Positions 1 to 7,840 of a stretch of DNA of 64,000 nucleotides are shown here, piece by piece. A program made the translations under genes and the position numbers. Numbering within the stretch: the stretch's first letter is position 1; each line of letters begins with the position of its first letter. The stretch lies in contig DATBLG010000005.1 of the NCBI GenBank assembly GCA_036555485.1, forward strand, positions 902 through 64,901. Direction: 5' to 3'. The notes below the pieces were generated by a model, which searched no databases, was not told where the DNA came from, and saw nothing but the letters and a program-made list of their open reading frames with translations. Source of the stretch: Gemmatimonadales bacterium. Its GTDB lineage: Bacteria > Gemmatimonadota > Gemmatimonadetes > Gemmatimonadales > GWC2-71-9.

Positions 1-795
1 GCCAGAGATGCGAATCTCACCGGCGCGGACGCCGTGCCCGTCGATCCGCGGCTGGACTGGGCGGTGGGACGGGATGCGGTCCCCTTCAAGGATTGGGGCC
101 TGCACGCGCCCGGCTGGATCCGGTCGCCGTCCTACGGCGGTCCGTACAGCGCGAAGAAGAACACCCATGAACGGGCGAGTGGCGCGCAGAGCAATGTCGG
201 TTGGGTGAACACGCAGTTGAATTCCGTGAACATCCATATTTACCGGTACGCGGACGCGCTGTTGCTTCTGGCCGAGGCGGAGGTCGAAGCCGGGGTGCTC
301 GAGAACGCCCGAGCGATCGTCAATCAGATTCGAGCGCGGGCCGGTCAGACCGCGCAGGGCTGTGGGTCTGGGTTCGATGCGGTCTCGGATAGTGTGTTGA
401 AGGCGACGTACCCCATTTGTGTGTCAGATTCTCGCATCGCCGTGCCGCTGGTCGCGGCCGGGACCCTCTACAGTTTGACGACTCCCTGGGCCGTGTACCG
501 CGTCGGGGAATACCCGGGCCCGTGGACCGATCAAGCCGCCGCGCGGGCGGCCGTACGGGAAGAGCGCAAGCTCGAGCTGGCGCTGGAAGGCCAGCGGTTC
601 TTCGATTTGCGGCGCTGGGCCATCGCCGATCAAGTGATCAACGCCTACCTCGCGGTCGAGAACACCCGGAGAACATATCTGGCGGCGGCGCAGGTCTTTG
701 CCGCTCGCCATGGTCTGTTTCCGATCCCGAACATCCAGATCGAGCTGAGCCGGGTGGGCAGCGAAGAACGGTTGGTGCAGAACCCCGGGTGGTAA
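1..795 (+). CDS. RagB/SusD-family outer-membrane nutrient-binding lipoprotein, C-terminal part (5-prime end lies outside the window)
   Basis: Frame 1 is open from nt 1. The translation ARDANLTGADAVPVDPRLDW...RLVQNPGW* is roughly 80 percent identical by eye to the C-terminus of the complete SusD-like ORF 904..2739. It carries SusD C-terminal hallmarks (YRYADxLLLLAEAE, EGQRFFDLRRW). Confidence 0.85.
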   Translation, partial: ARDANLTGADAVPVDPRLDWAVGRDAVPFKDWGLHAPGWIRSPSYGGPYSAKKNTHERASGAQSNVGWVNTQLNSVNIHIYRYADALLLLAEAEVEAGVLENARAIVNQIRARAGQTAQGCGSGFDAVSDSVLKATYPICVSDSRIAVPLVAAGTLYSLTTPWAVYRVGEYPGPWTDQAAARAAVREERKLELALEGQRFFDLRRWAIADQVINAYLAVENTRRTYLAAAQVFAARHGLFPIPNIQIELSRVGSEERLVQNPGW

Positions 796-823
796 GCCGG
801 GCGCCTAACGGTTGTTGATCGTA

Positions 824-861
824 AACGCCTGCAGGGAATCGCTCCCTGCAGGCGTTTTTTT
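824..861 (+). terminator. Rho-independent terminator after the partial SusD-like gene
   Basis: Perfect 13-bp inverted repeat acgcctgcaggga (825-837) / tccctgcaggcgt (843-855) with a 5-nt loop, running into a T7 tract (855-861). Confidence 0.8.
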
Positions 862-903
862 CAGCGGCAGGCCGTGAAAGGGTGCGACGGGCAAGAGAAA
901 ACG

Positions 904-2739
904 ATGCATACGCGGAATCGGTTCCGACCGCCGGGTGCGATGGTGCTCCTGGTCGTTGCCGCGGTGACCTTGTGCGGCTGCAGGGACTTTCTCAACGGCA
1001 ACCCCCAGGGGACGTTGAATGAACGGACGCTCACGAATCGGGCGGGCGTCGAAGGCACGCTCATTGCCGCGTATCGGATGCTCGACTGCACCAACGCCAC
1101 CAATGCTGACTGGGGATGCGCCGCCAGCAACTGGATATGGGGCAGTATCGCGAGCGATGACGCCTACACGGGGTCAGAAGCCTCGTCCCCGTCCTCCATC
1201 CAGGACATCGAGACCTACGCGTGGAGCTCCAGTCTCGTCGAGAGCACCCTGAACACGAAGTGGCGCGCCGCGTTCGAAGGGATCGTGCGAGCCAATGCCA
1301 CGATCCGGCTGCTCGACAAAGTCCTGGCGCAGCGGCCGGCTGAGATTTCCGCCGGTGACGCCAAGTCGATCCGGGGCGAAGCCCTGTTTCTCCGGGCGCA
1401 CTATCACTTCGAGGCGTGGCGCATGTGGGGGAATATTCCCTACTACCACGCCAACGACAGGGATTTCCGCCAGCGCAACGTCGGCGTCAATGTCGTGGCA
1501 AACTTGAAGATCGACCTCGACTCCGCGATCGCGCTGCTGCCGGTGACGCCCCGGAACGGACAGGCCGGCCGAGCGACATCGTGGGCGGCGAAAGCCTACA
1601 AGGGCCGCGTGCAGGTGTACGCGCGGGATTGGACCGGCGCGTTGACGACGTTGCGCGACGTCCAGCTGAACGGACCCCATGCGCTCGAGACGAGCTACGA
1701 TCGCGTGTGGACCGGCTTTGAGGCGTTCGCCAACGGGCCGGAGACGATCCTGGCCTACCAGGCCTCGGCGAATGACGGCGAGCCGAACGGGGACAACGCC
1801 AACTACGGCGAGCGCCTGAATTTCCCGCACTCCGGCAGTCCGTTCGGGTGTTGTGGTTTCCATCAACCCTCGCAGAACCTGGTCAATGCGTTTGGCGTGG
1901 ACGCCAATGGCCTGCCGCTGGCGGTCTCGAATCCAAACTGGAACGCGAGAGATACGAATCTCACCGGCGCGGATGCGGTCCCCGTCGATCCGCGGTTGGA
2001 CTGGACCGTGGGCCGGAACCTCGTCCCCTACAAGGATTGGGGTCTCCACGAGCCCGACTGGATCCGGTCGCCGTCCTACGGCGGGCCCTATAGCGCCAAG
2101 AAGAACGTCCATGAGAAGGCCAGTGGCGCGCAGAGCAACGTCGGCTGGACGAACACGCAGCTGAACTCCGTGAACATCCACATCTACCGGTATGCCGACA
2201 TGCTGTTGCTCCTGGCCGAGGCGGAAGTCGAAGCTGGGGTGCTCGAGAACGCCCGGGCGATCGTCAATCAGATCCGCGCGCGGGCCGGTCAGGTCGCTCA
2301 GGGCTGTGGGTCTGGGGATGATGCCGCCGCGGACAGTGTGTTGCAGGCGACGTATCCCATGTGTCAGTCAGATGATCGCATCGCCGTGCCGCTGCACCAG
2401 TCCGCGACCGTCGACTCGTTGACGACCCCCTGGGCGGTCTACCGGATTGGGCTCTACGCGACGCCGTGGATTGATCAGGTGTTTGCCCGAACGGCGGTGC
2501 GGTTTGAGCGCAGACTCGAGCTGGCGATGGAAGGCCAGCGCTTCTTCGACCTGCGGCGTTGGGCCGTCGCCGATCAAGTGATCAACGACTACTTGGTGGT
2601 GGAGAAAAACCGGAGGGCATACCTGACATCTGCACAGGTCTTCAGCGCTCGCCACAGTCTGTACCCGATCCCGGCGATCCAGATCGAGCTGAGCCGGGTG
2701 GGGACGGAAGAACGGTTGGTGCAGAATCCGGGGTGGTAA
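904..2739 (+). CDS. RagB/SusD-family nutrient-binding outer-membrane lipoprotein (complete paralog)
   Basis: ORF 874..2739. I prefer the ATG at 904, which gives MHTRNRF...LLVVAAVTLCGC with a lipobox. The 611-aa length and SusD-like motifs fit the family. The C-terminal 250 aa are a near copy of ORF 1..795. Confidence 0.85.
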   Translation: MHTRNRFRPPGAMVLLVVAAVTLCGCRDFLNGNPQGTLNERTLTNRAGVEGTLIAAYRMLDCTNATNADWGCAASNWIWGSIASDDAYTGSEASSPSSIQDIETYAWSSSLVESTLNTKWRAAFEGIVRANATIRLLDKVLAQRPAEISAGDAKSIRGEALFLRAHYHFEAWRMWGNIPYYHANDRDFRQRNVGVNVVANLKIDLDSAIALLPVTPRNGQAGRATSWAAKAYKGRVQVYARDWTGALTTLRDVQLNGPHALETSYDRVWTGFEAFANGPETILAYQASANDGEPNGDNANYGERLNFPHSGSPFGCCGFHQPSQNLVNAFGVDANGLPLAVSNPNWNARDTNLTGADAVPVDPRLDWTVGRNLVPYKDWGLHEPDWIRSPSYGGPYSAKKNVHEKASGAQSNVGWTNTQLNSVNIHIYRYADMLLLLAEAEVEAGVLENARAIVNQIRARAGQVAQGCGSGDDAAADSVLQATYPMCQSDDRIAVPLHQSATVDSLTTPWAVYRIGLYATPWIDQVFARTAVRFERRLELAMEGQRFFDLRRWAVADQVINDYLVVEKNRRAYLTSAQVFSARHSLYPIPAIQIELSRVGTEERLVQNPGW

Positions 2740-2748
2740 GCCGGGCGT

Positions 2749-5700
2749 CTAGCGTCTCCGGATTGTAAACGCCTGCAGCGAGTCGCCGTTGTTGGCTACG
2801 AGCACGGCATTCCCTGCAGGCGTGTTGATCAGGGCCAGGCCGGTGACGTCCAGCGGCGTGAGGAAGCCACTCTCGACTGGCGGCACCGGCGTGAAATGCC
2901 CGTGGCCGTCCCCCTTCAGCCAGAGGCCGTTCCCCGCATCGGCCCTGGGGGTGTTCGGCTCCGCGTCGTACAGGTTTCCCGCCACGATCAGATCGAGATT
3001 CCCGTCCGCGTCCACGTCATGCGCGATGATCCCTCTGATCGGGGAGAGTTGCGCCAGATTGGGCAACGGCGACGACGTGAAGGTCCCGTCGCCATTGTTT
3101 TGCAGATAGACACTGGCGAAGGTGTCCGCCTGATAGTGGACCGCCTGCCGCAATTGGGAGGCGCTGAACAGTTGGTGTATGGAAGCCGAGGCAAACGATG
3201 CGTAGGTCGGGAATCGCAACGGCAGCGTATAGATCGCCTTCCCCAGCCTCGCCAACCCGAACAAGGGATACTCGGTGCCGTCGATCTCCTGGGTGAGTAC
3301 GACATCCGTAGTCTGGTTGCCCGTGAAATCGAGCGCATAGACTCCGAATTTGCTGGCCGGTGACGTCGTGTACGTATGGTTCAGCCCCAGATTGCCGGCC
3401 ACCAGGTCCGGATGGCCATCGTGGTTGAAATCCCCCGCGGCGAGACTGAACCACCACCCCCGGGTCGCCGGCAGGCCCAACGATGCCGTCACGTCCCGCA
3501 GTCGCGTGCCCTCATTGCGATAGAACTGCAGCGGCATCCATTCCCCCGCCGTCACCAGATCCAGGCGCCCGTCGGCGTCAAAATCGATCCAGACCGCTGC
3601 CGTCACCATGCCCCCGGGGCGCATCAATTCCGGGGCGACCGCTTCGGTCACGTCCGTGAACCGGCCCCCATCATTCCGGAGCAGGTAGCTGCGGGTGGGA
3701 AAGGGATAGTTTCTGGGGACCAGTCGGCCACCGACGAACAGATCCAATCGGCCATCGCCGCTAAAGTCGCCAGCCGCGACACTCGCGGTGCTGGTGAGCA
3801 TGGGTGGCAGCGCCTGGGTGTCTCTCGCGAACCGGCCGCCTCCCTGATTGACATAGAGCCGGTCCTGCAACAAACGCGACACCGGTGAGTGGTGATACCC
3901 GCCGCTCGTCACATACAGGTCTTGTCGGCCGTCGCCGTCGGCATCGAAGAACAGGGCTCCCCAATCTTCGTACTCCTTGTCGGCCACCCAGGGTTGCCCG
4001 CGCGTGGATTCAACGAACCGGCCGTCCGCGCGCTGCTGAAACAGCCTTCCCGGCTCGCCTGCCCCCCCCCCGCCCCCAATGAACACGTCCCCGAGCCCAT
4101 CGCTGTCCACATCTCCCACCGCGAGCGGCGCGCCGTGGCTGGATGGCTCGTATGGCAGGAGGGGTTGCACGCTGTAGTCGATGTGCCCCGCTTGCCGGTG
4201 CTTGTACGGTAGCGCTCGGCGGGCATCCGACTGCTGGAACAAGAGGTGTCGGGTTCCAGGTGTCAGGTGCCAGGGACTACACCCTGACACCTGACACCCG
4301 ACACCTGACTCCTCACGAGCCGCATCTTCCTGTCGTACGGTCAACAATTGATCTACCGGCAAGTCAGTCAGTATCTGGGAGCGTCCATCCGGCCAGATCA
4401 CCTCCAGGGTGTCCACGCGCTTCGCGGGCCCCAATCCGAAGTGCGCCCGGTCATCCATGGTGGACAGGTACCCACGGTAGGGGGACTGGTAAAGGAATTG
4501 CCGTTGCCCCCCTGCCCGGAGGATCAGCGTCGCCCCGATCCCTCGTGGGTTGGTCGTGTTCCCCTGCAGCCGGATCTGCAGATAGTGATGCAGGTCGTCC
4601 GCGGGTTGAACGTTTTCATAGATCGAAGCGGGAGCATCGATGTTGTTGATGACGAGATCGAGCTTGCCGTCGTTATTGAGATCGGCGTAGGCGGCGCCGT
4701 AGCCAAACCCCGGTTGGTCCATTCCCCAGGATTTCGTTCTGTCCGTGAATGTCAGGTCCCCGTTGTTCTGGAACAGGTAGTTCGACAGGACGCGACCAGG
4801 CAATTGCTGCAGCAGCTCCAGTCCTCGGCGGTTCGCCGCGACCGTATCTCGCTCCCGGCGCAGCCCGAACATGGTCGTTTGGTAGTCGAACTCATTGACG
4901 GCTTTGGGATAGCCGTTGGTGATGAGAATATCCTTGAACCCATCGTTGTCGAGATCGCCGAACAGGGCGCTCCAGCTCCAGTCGGTGTAGGCGACGCCCG
5001 CCAGCCGGCTCACCTCACTGAAGAGGACATCGCCGTCAGGCGTAACGCCGTTGCTCAGCTGCAGCGTGTTCAAGTCAAAGTCCTGGCGAAACCCCCGAGT
5101 GCGGATATCCTCCACTCCGCCGAGGGAAGCGGCTCCACTCATCCGTTTTCGTCCGCTCAGGGCCTCCGGCATCATGTCGCTTTGCAGGATGTCGGGCCAG
5201 CCGTCATTGTTGAAATCGGCGATGTCAACGCCCATGCCGGCGAGACTCGTATGCTTGAGCCAGCGGGCCGCCTTGTCGGTGAACGTGCCGTTTCCGTTGT
5301 TGACATACAGGACGTCGTTGGGCGTGTCGTCGTTGGAGACGTAGATATCGGGCCACCCGTCCCCGTTGATGTCGCTGACGACGACGCCGAGTCCATACCC
5401 GACCTGCCGCAAGATCCCGGCTTCCCGGGAGACGTTGGTAAACGACCCGTCGCCGTTGTTGCGATAGAGCTGGTTGTAACTGCCGGAGCCCTGACTGCGG
5501 ATGCCCGCCGGGTGCATGGTCGCCACGCCACGCGCAAAATCCTCAGGCGAATTGCTGAGCAGATAGAGGTCGAGGTCGCCGTCCCGATCGTAGTCCAGAA
5601 ACGCGGCGTGCGTGGTGAAGCCGGTGTCCGCGATCCCGTATCGGGACGCGGCTTCGGTGAACGTGCGGTCCCGGTTATTGAGGAACAACAGGTTGGCCCG

Positions 5701-6117
5701 TTCATTGGGCTTGGACCATTCGGGTCCCGTGACGGACACGTAAATGTCGAGGTATCCGTCGCTGTTGATATCCACCATGGTTGCGCCGCTGGCACGCCCC
5801 CGCGTCATAACGCCCGCGGATTGCGTGACGTCCGTGAACCGCATGTCCCCGGTGTTCACATACAGGCGACTCGAGACCATGTTGCCGGTCAGGAACAGGT
5901 CGGGCAAACCGTCGTTGTCGATATCACCGACGGCCACGCCGCCGCCGTTGTACACGTAGACGTCGGTTTGCACGTTCAGCGAATCCGAGGTAGTGATGGT
6001 GTTGGCGAACGTGACGCCGGTTCGCGCCGGGCTCAGTCGCTTGAACAGTCCGGGTCCCTTTTCCCGGCCGCATCCGCCTAACCACAGAAGAGCGACGAGG
6101 AAACTGAGGCGCCGCAT
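2749..6117 (-). CDS. CRTAC1-family lipoprotein: FG-GAP/VCBS repeats, ASPIC/UnbV domain, second FG-GAP/VCBS block
   Basis: 1122-aa ORF with a lipoprotein signal (LLWLGGCG). It has many DxDxDGxxD FG-GAP repeats and a central UnbV_ASPIC-like segment (GIGATLILRAGGQRQ...FGLGPAKRVDTLEVIWPDG), followed by more FG-GAP repeats. Confidence 0.85.
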   Translation of the reverse strand: MRRLSFLVALLWLGGCGREKGPGLFKRLSPARTGVTFANTITTSDSLNVQTDVYVYNGGGVAVGDIDNDGLPDLFLTGNMVSSRLYVNTGDMRFTDVTQSAGVMTRGRASGATMVDINSDGYLDIYVSVTGPEWSKPNERANLLFLNNRDRTFTEAASRYGIADTGFTTHAAFLDYDRDGDLDLYLLSNSPEDFARGVATMHPAGIRSQGSGSYNQLYRNNGDGSFTNVSREAGILRQVGYGLGVVVSDINGDGWPDIYVSNDDTPNDVLYVNNGNGTFTDKAARWLKHTSLAGMGVDIADFNNDGWPDILQSDMMPEALSGRKRMSGAASLGGVEDIRTRGFRQDFDLNTLQLSNGVTPDGDVLFSEVSRLAGVAYTDWSWSALFGDLDNDGFKDILITNGYPKAVNEFDYQTTMFGLRRERDTVAANRRGLELLQQLPGRVLSNYLFQNNGDLTFTDRTKSWGMDQPGFGYGAAYADLNNDGKLDLVINNIDAPASIYENVQPADDLHHYLQIRLQGNTTNPRGIGATLILRAGGQRQFLYQSPYRGYLSTMDDRAHFGLGPAKRVDTLEVIWPDGRSQILTDLPVDQLLTVRQEDAAREESGVGCQVSGCSPWHLTPGTRHLLFQQSDARRALPYKHRQAGHIDYSVQPLLPYEPSSHGAPLAVGDVDSDGLGDVFIGGGGGAGEPGRLFQQRADGRFVESTRGQPWVADKEYEDWGALFFDADGDGRQDLYVTSGGYHHSPVSRLLQDRLYVNQGGGRFARDTQALPPMLTSTASVAAGDFSGDGRLDLFVGGRLVPRNYPFPTRSYLLRNDGGRFTDVTEAVAPELMRPGGMVTAAVWIDFDADGRLDLVTAGEWMPLQFYRNEGTRLRDVTASLGLPATRGWWFSLAAGDFNHDGHPDLVAGNLGLNHTYTTSPASKFGVYALDFTGNQTTDVVLTQEIDGTEYPLFGLARLGKAIYTLPLRFPTYASFASASIHQLFSASQLRQAVHYQADTFASVYLQNNGDGTFTSSPLPNLAQLSPIRGIIAHDVDADGNLDLIVAGNLYDAEPNTPRADAGNGLWLKGDGHGHFTPVPPVESGFLTPLDVTGLALINTPAGNAVLVANNGDSLQAFTIRRR
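4062..4071. repeat. C10/G10 homopolymer tract inside the CRTAC1 lipoprotein CDS
   Basis: Ten consecutive C on the plus strand, followed by gccccc. It encodes the GGGGG run of ...VFIGGGGGAGEPG... on the minus strand. Confidence 0.9.
4244..4312. repeat. Heptamer-armed inverted repeat (GGTGTCA / TGACACC units) lying in-frame in the CRTAC1 gene
   Basis: Left arm aggtgtcgggttccaggtgtcaggtg and right arm tgacacctgacacccgacacctgactcc. The arms are complementary, for example aggtgtcgggt pairs with acccgacacct. The element is 69 nt, i.e. 23 codons, translated as ESGVGCQVSGCSPWHLTPGTRHL. Confidence 0.75.
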
Positions 6118-6169
6118 GGGTTCTCCATCCGCCGAGTGAGACTGCTATATTGTGACAAAAGGGGGTCGC

Positions 6170-6625
6170 ATGAACTGGCATCCTACGCGCATCCTACTAC
6201 CCATCGGCATCGTCGCCGGACTCGCCCTTGGTTGCGCCCACGGGCGCGGCGCGGGCCAGATTGAGAATCCGGCTGCTTCCCCGCCCGCCTCCCCGACCGA
6301 CACGACCCCGTCCGTAGGCTGGCGGCCCGGCCTGTCGCTTGAGCAGCTGCTCGCGGGCCGGATCTCGGGGGTGACGGTAACGCGGGCGGCTCAGGGCGGC
6401 CTCTCGATACGCATCCGCGGCCCGTCGTCCTTCTATCTGAGCAGCGAGCCCCTCTACGTCATCGACGGCGCCCCGGTCGAGGCGGGTCCGGGCGGCACCC
6501 TGACCTGGCTCAATCCGCAAGACATCGCGTCCATCATGGTACTCAAGGATCCGGCCAGCACGGGGATGTACGGGGTGCGCGGCGCGAATGGCGTCGTCGT
6601 CATCAGGACGAAAGGGTCGCACTAG
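6170..6625 (+). CDS. Small lipoprotein consisting of the N-terminal segment of a TonB-dependent receptor (SusC-type) plug domain
   Basis: ORF 6152..6625. The ATG at 6170 is preceded by aaaaggggg. It has a lipobox (GLALGCA). The motifs GRISGVTV, IRIRG, PLYVIDGAP, LNPQDIASIMVLKD and YGVRGANGVVVIRTK match the conserved start of TonB-receptor plugs, but the protein ends at 151 aa. Confidence 0.75.
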   Translation: MNWHPTRILLPIGIVAGLALGCAHGRGAGQIENPAASPPASPTDTTPSVGWRPGLSLEQLLAGRISGVTVTRAAQGGLSIRIRGPSSFYLSSEPLYVIDGAPVEAGPGGTLTWLNPQDIASIMVLKDPASTGMYGVRGANGVVVIRTKGSH

Positions 6626-7440
6626 CCTCCACCTTTGAGGGCGTGGCGGTACGGCCCGGCGTGCGTCGTCGGATTCTGCTCGTACAGATCATCTGGACTG
6701 GCCGCAGCGAGCTCGACGAGGAAACGGCTCAAGCGCTCGACGACCGCGGCCGCATACCGTTCGCCCTTGTGTGGACTCGCCGCGGCAGGATCGCCGATCC
6801 CCGTATCGGTCGACACCTGAGTCCACCGGCGCGGCGCCCAGGCCCATCCCTCGCGGAACGCCGCGATACGAAAGCGCCGTTCCTTCCCCTCACCGGCCTC
6901 GGAGAGCGGTCGGACCAATGCCGGCGCCACGTGCTGCATGATGCTCGTCTCCATCTCCCCCGCATGATCCCCCAGGTCGTCGAAATACTCTGCCGCGTTC
7001 ACGACCTGGTACCAGTTCGTCACGCACAGGAAGAGCTTCAGGCCCGGCTGCAGCTCTCGGATCATCGTTCGGAAATCGTTGCCGCCATGCCCGTTGAGGA
7101 TCACCAGCTTGCGGATGCCCTGGCCATCGAGACTGCGCGCCAGGTCGCCCAGCACGGCGGCCTGCGTGCTCGGATTGAGGTTGAGGCAAAACGGGATGTC
7201 GAGCTGACCCGCTTGCACGCCGAAGGGGACGATCGGTAACACCACGACCCGCGCGCCGGCTTCCCAGGCGAGGCGCGCGGCCTCGGCGGCAATGTGCTCG
7301 GACTGGAAGTTGTCGGTGCCATACGGGAGATGGGTGTTGTGCGCTTCGGTGGCGCCCCAGGGAAGGACGGCCACTTCGCACTTCAGCTCACGTATGGCGT
7401 TCCACGTCGTCTCCGCGAGTATGTAGGGCCGGGCTGACAT
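6622..7440 (-). CDS. Creatininase-family amidohydrolase
   Basis: 272-aa ORF with family motifs (LPWGATEAHNTHLPYGTD, ILNGHGGN, GDHAGEMETS). Its stop overlaps the stop of the convergent gene 6170..6625 by 4 nt. Confidence 0.85.
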   Translation of the reverse strand: MSARPYILAETTWNAIRELKCEVAVLPWGATEAHNTHLPYGTDNFQSEHIAAEAARLAWEAGARVVVLPIVPFGVQAGQLDIPFCLNLNPSTQAAVLGDLARSLDGQGIRKLVILNGHGGNDFRTMIRELQPGLKLFLCVTNWYQVVNAAEYFDDLGDHAGEMETSIMQHVAPALVRPLSEAGEGKERRFRIAAFREGWAWAPRRWTQVSTDTGIGDPAAASPHKGERYAAAVVERLSRFLVELAAASPDDLYEQNPTTHAGPYRHALKGGG

Positions 7441-7453
7441 CGCGTTGCTTGAG

Positions 7454-7840
7454 TCAGCGGTTGCGTTTCGTCGTGACCACGATCACGCCATGGGCGCCAC
7501 GGGGACCGTAGATCGCTGTCTTGGCCGGATCCTTGATGATCTCGATGTTCGCGATCTGCTCGGGAGTGAGCCAATCGATCCCCCGTTGCGGATCCACCAT
7601 TGTGGGTGTGCCGTCGATGACAAACAGCGGCTGGTGACCGTCGAAGGCGACGTTACTGATCGGGCGAATCCGGACGCCCCCGCCAGGCATGCGGATGACG
7701 TCCACGCCCGGGAAGTGGATCTCTCGCGGGCCCAAGTCCTTTTCTTCTGGCGGCTCCGAGGGGTCAGACTGGCGGTGGTGACACCCGGACAGAGACACGA
7801 GCGCCAGCCCGCACAGGAGAACGGCAAGCCGCGCGTTCAT
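7454..7840 (-). CDS. Small lipoprotein, second TonB-receptor plug-fragment paralog
   Basis: 128 aa with a lipobox (LVSLSGC). The motifs PLFVIDGTP, LTPEQIANIEIIKD and YGPRGAHGVIVVTTK match the plug start. Its ATG overlaps the stop of the GH3 gene (ATGA at 7837-7840). Confidence 0.75.
   Translation of the reverse strand: MNARLAVLLCGLALVSLSGCHHRQSDPSEPPEEKDLGPREIHFPGVDVIRMPGGGVRIRPISNVAFDGHQPLFVIDGTPTMVDPQRGIDWLTPEQIANIEIIKDPAKTAIYGPRGAHGVIVVTTKRNR

Noticed and set aside
4348-6081. Long antisense ORFs opposite real genes, including 4348-6081(+), 1174-2181(-), 18999-20597(-), 36790-39432(+), 40795-41661(-), 47276-48481(-) upstream of codon 73-from-end, 54295-55332(-) and 60938-61912(-).
   Set aside because: They lie opposite genes with strong family signatures. 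Their products are Arg/Gly/Pro/Ala-rich with no motifs. Open antisense frames are expected in GC-rich DNA because stop codons are AT-rich.
2749-6117. The 1122-aa CRTAC1 ORF might be two genes split at the palindromic element near 4244-4312.
   Set aside because: The frame is continuous through the element, which is exactly 69 nt. There is no stop, and no plausible internal start with a signal peptide. The FG-GAP / UnbV / FG-GAP layout is a known single-chain architecture.
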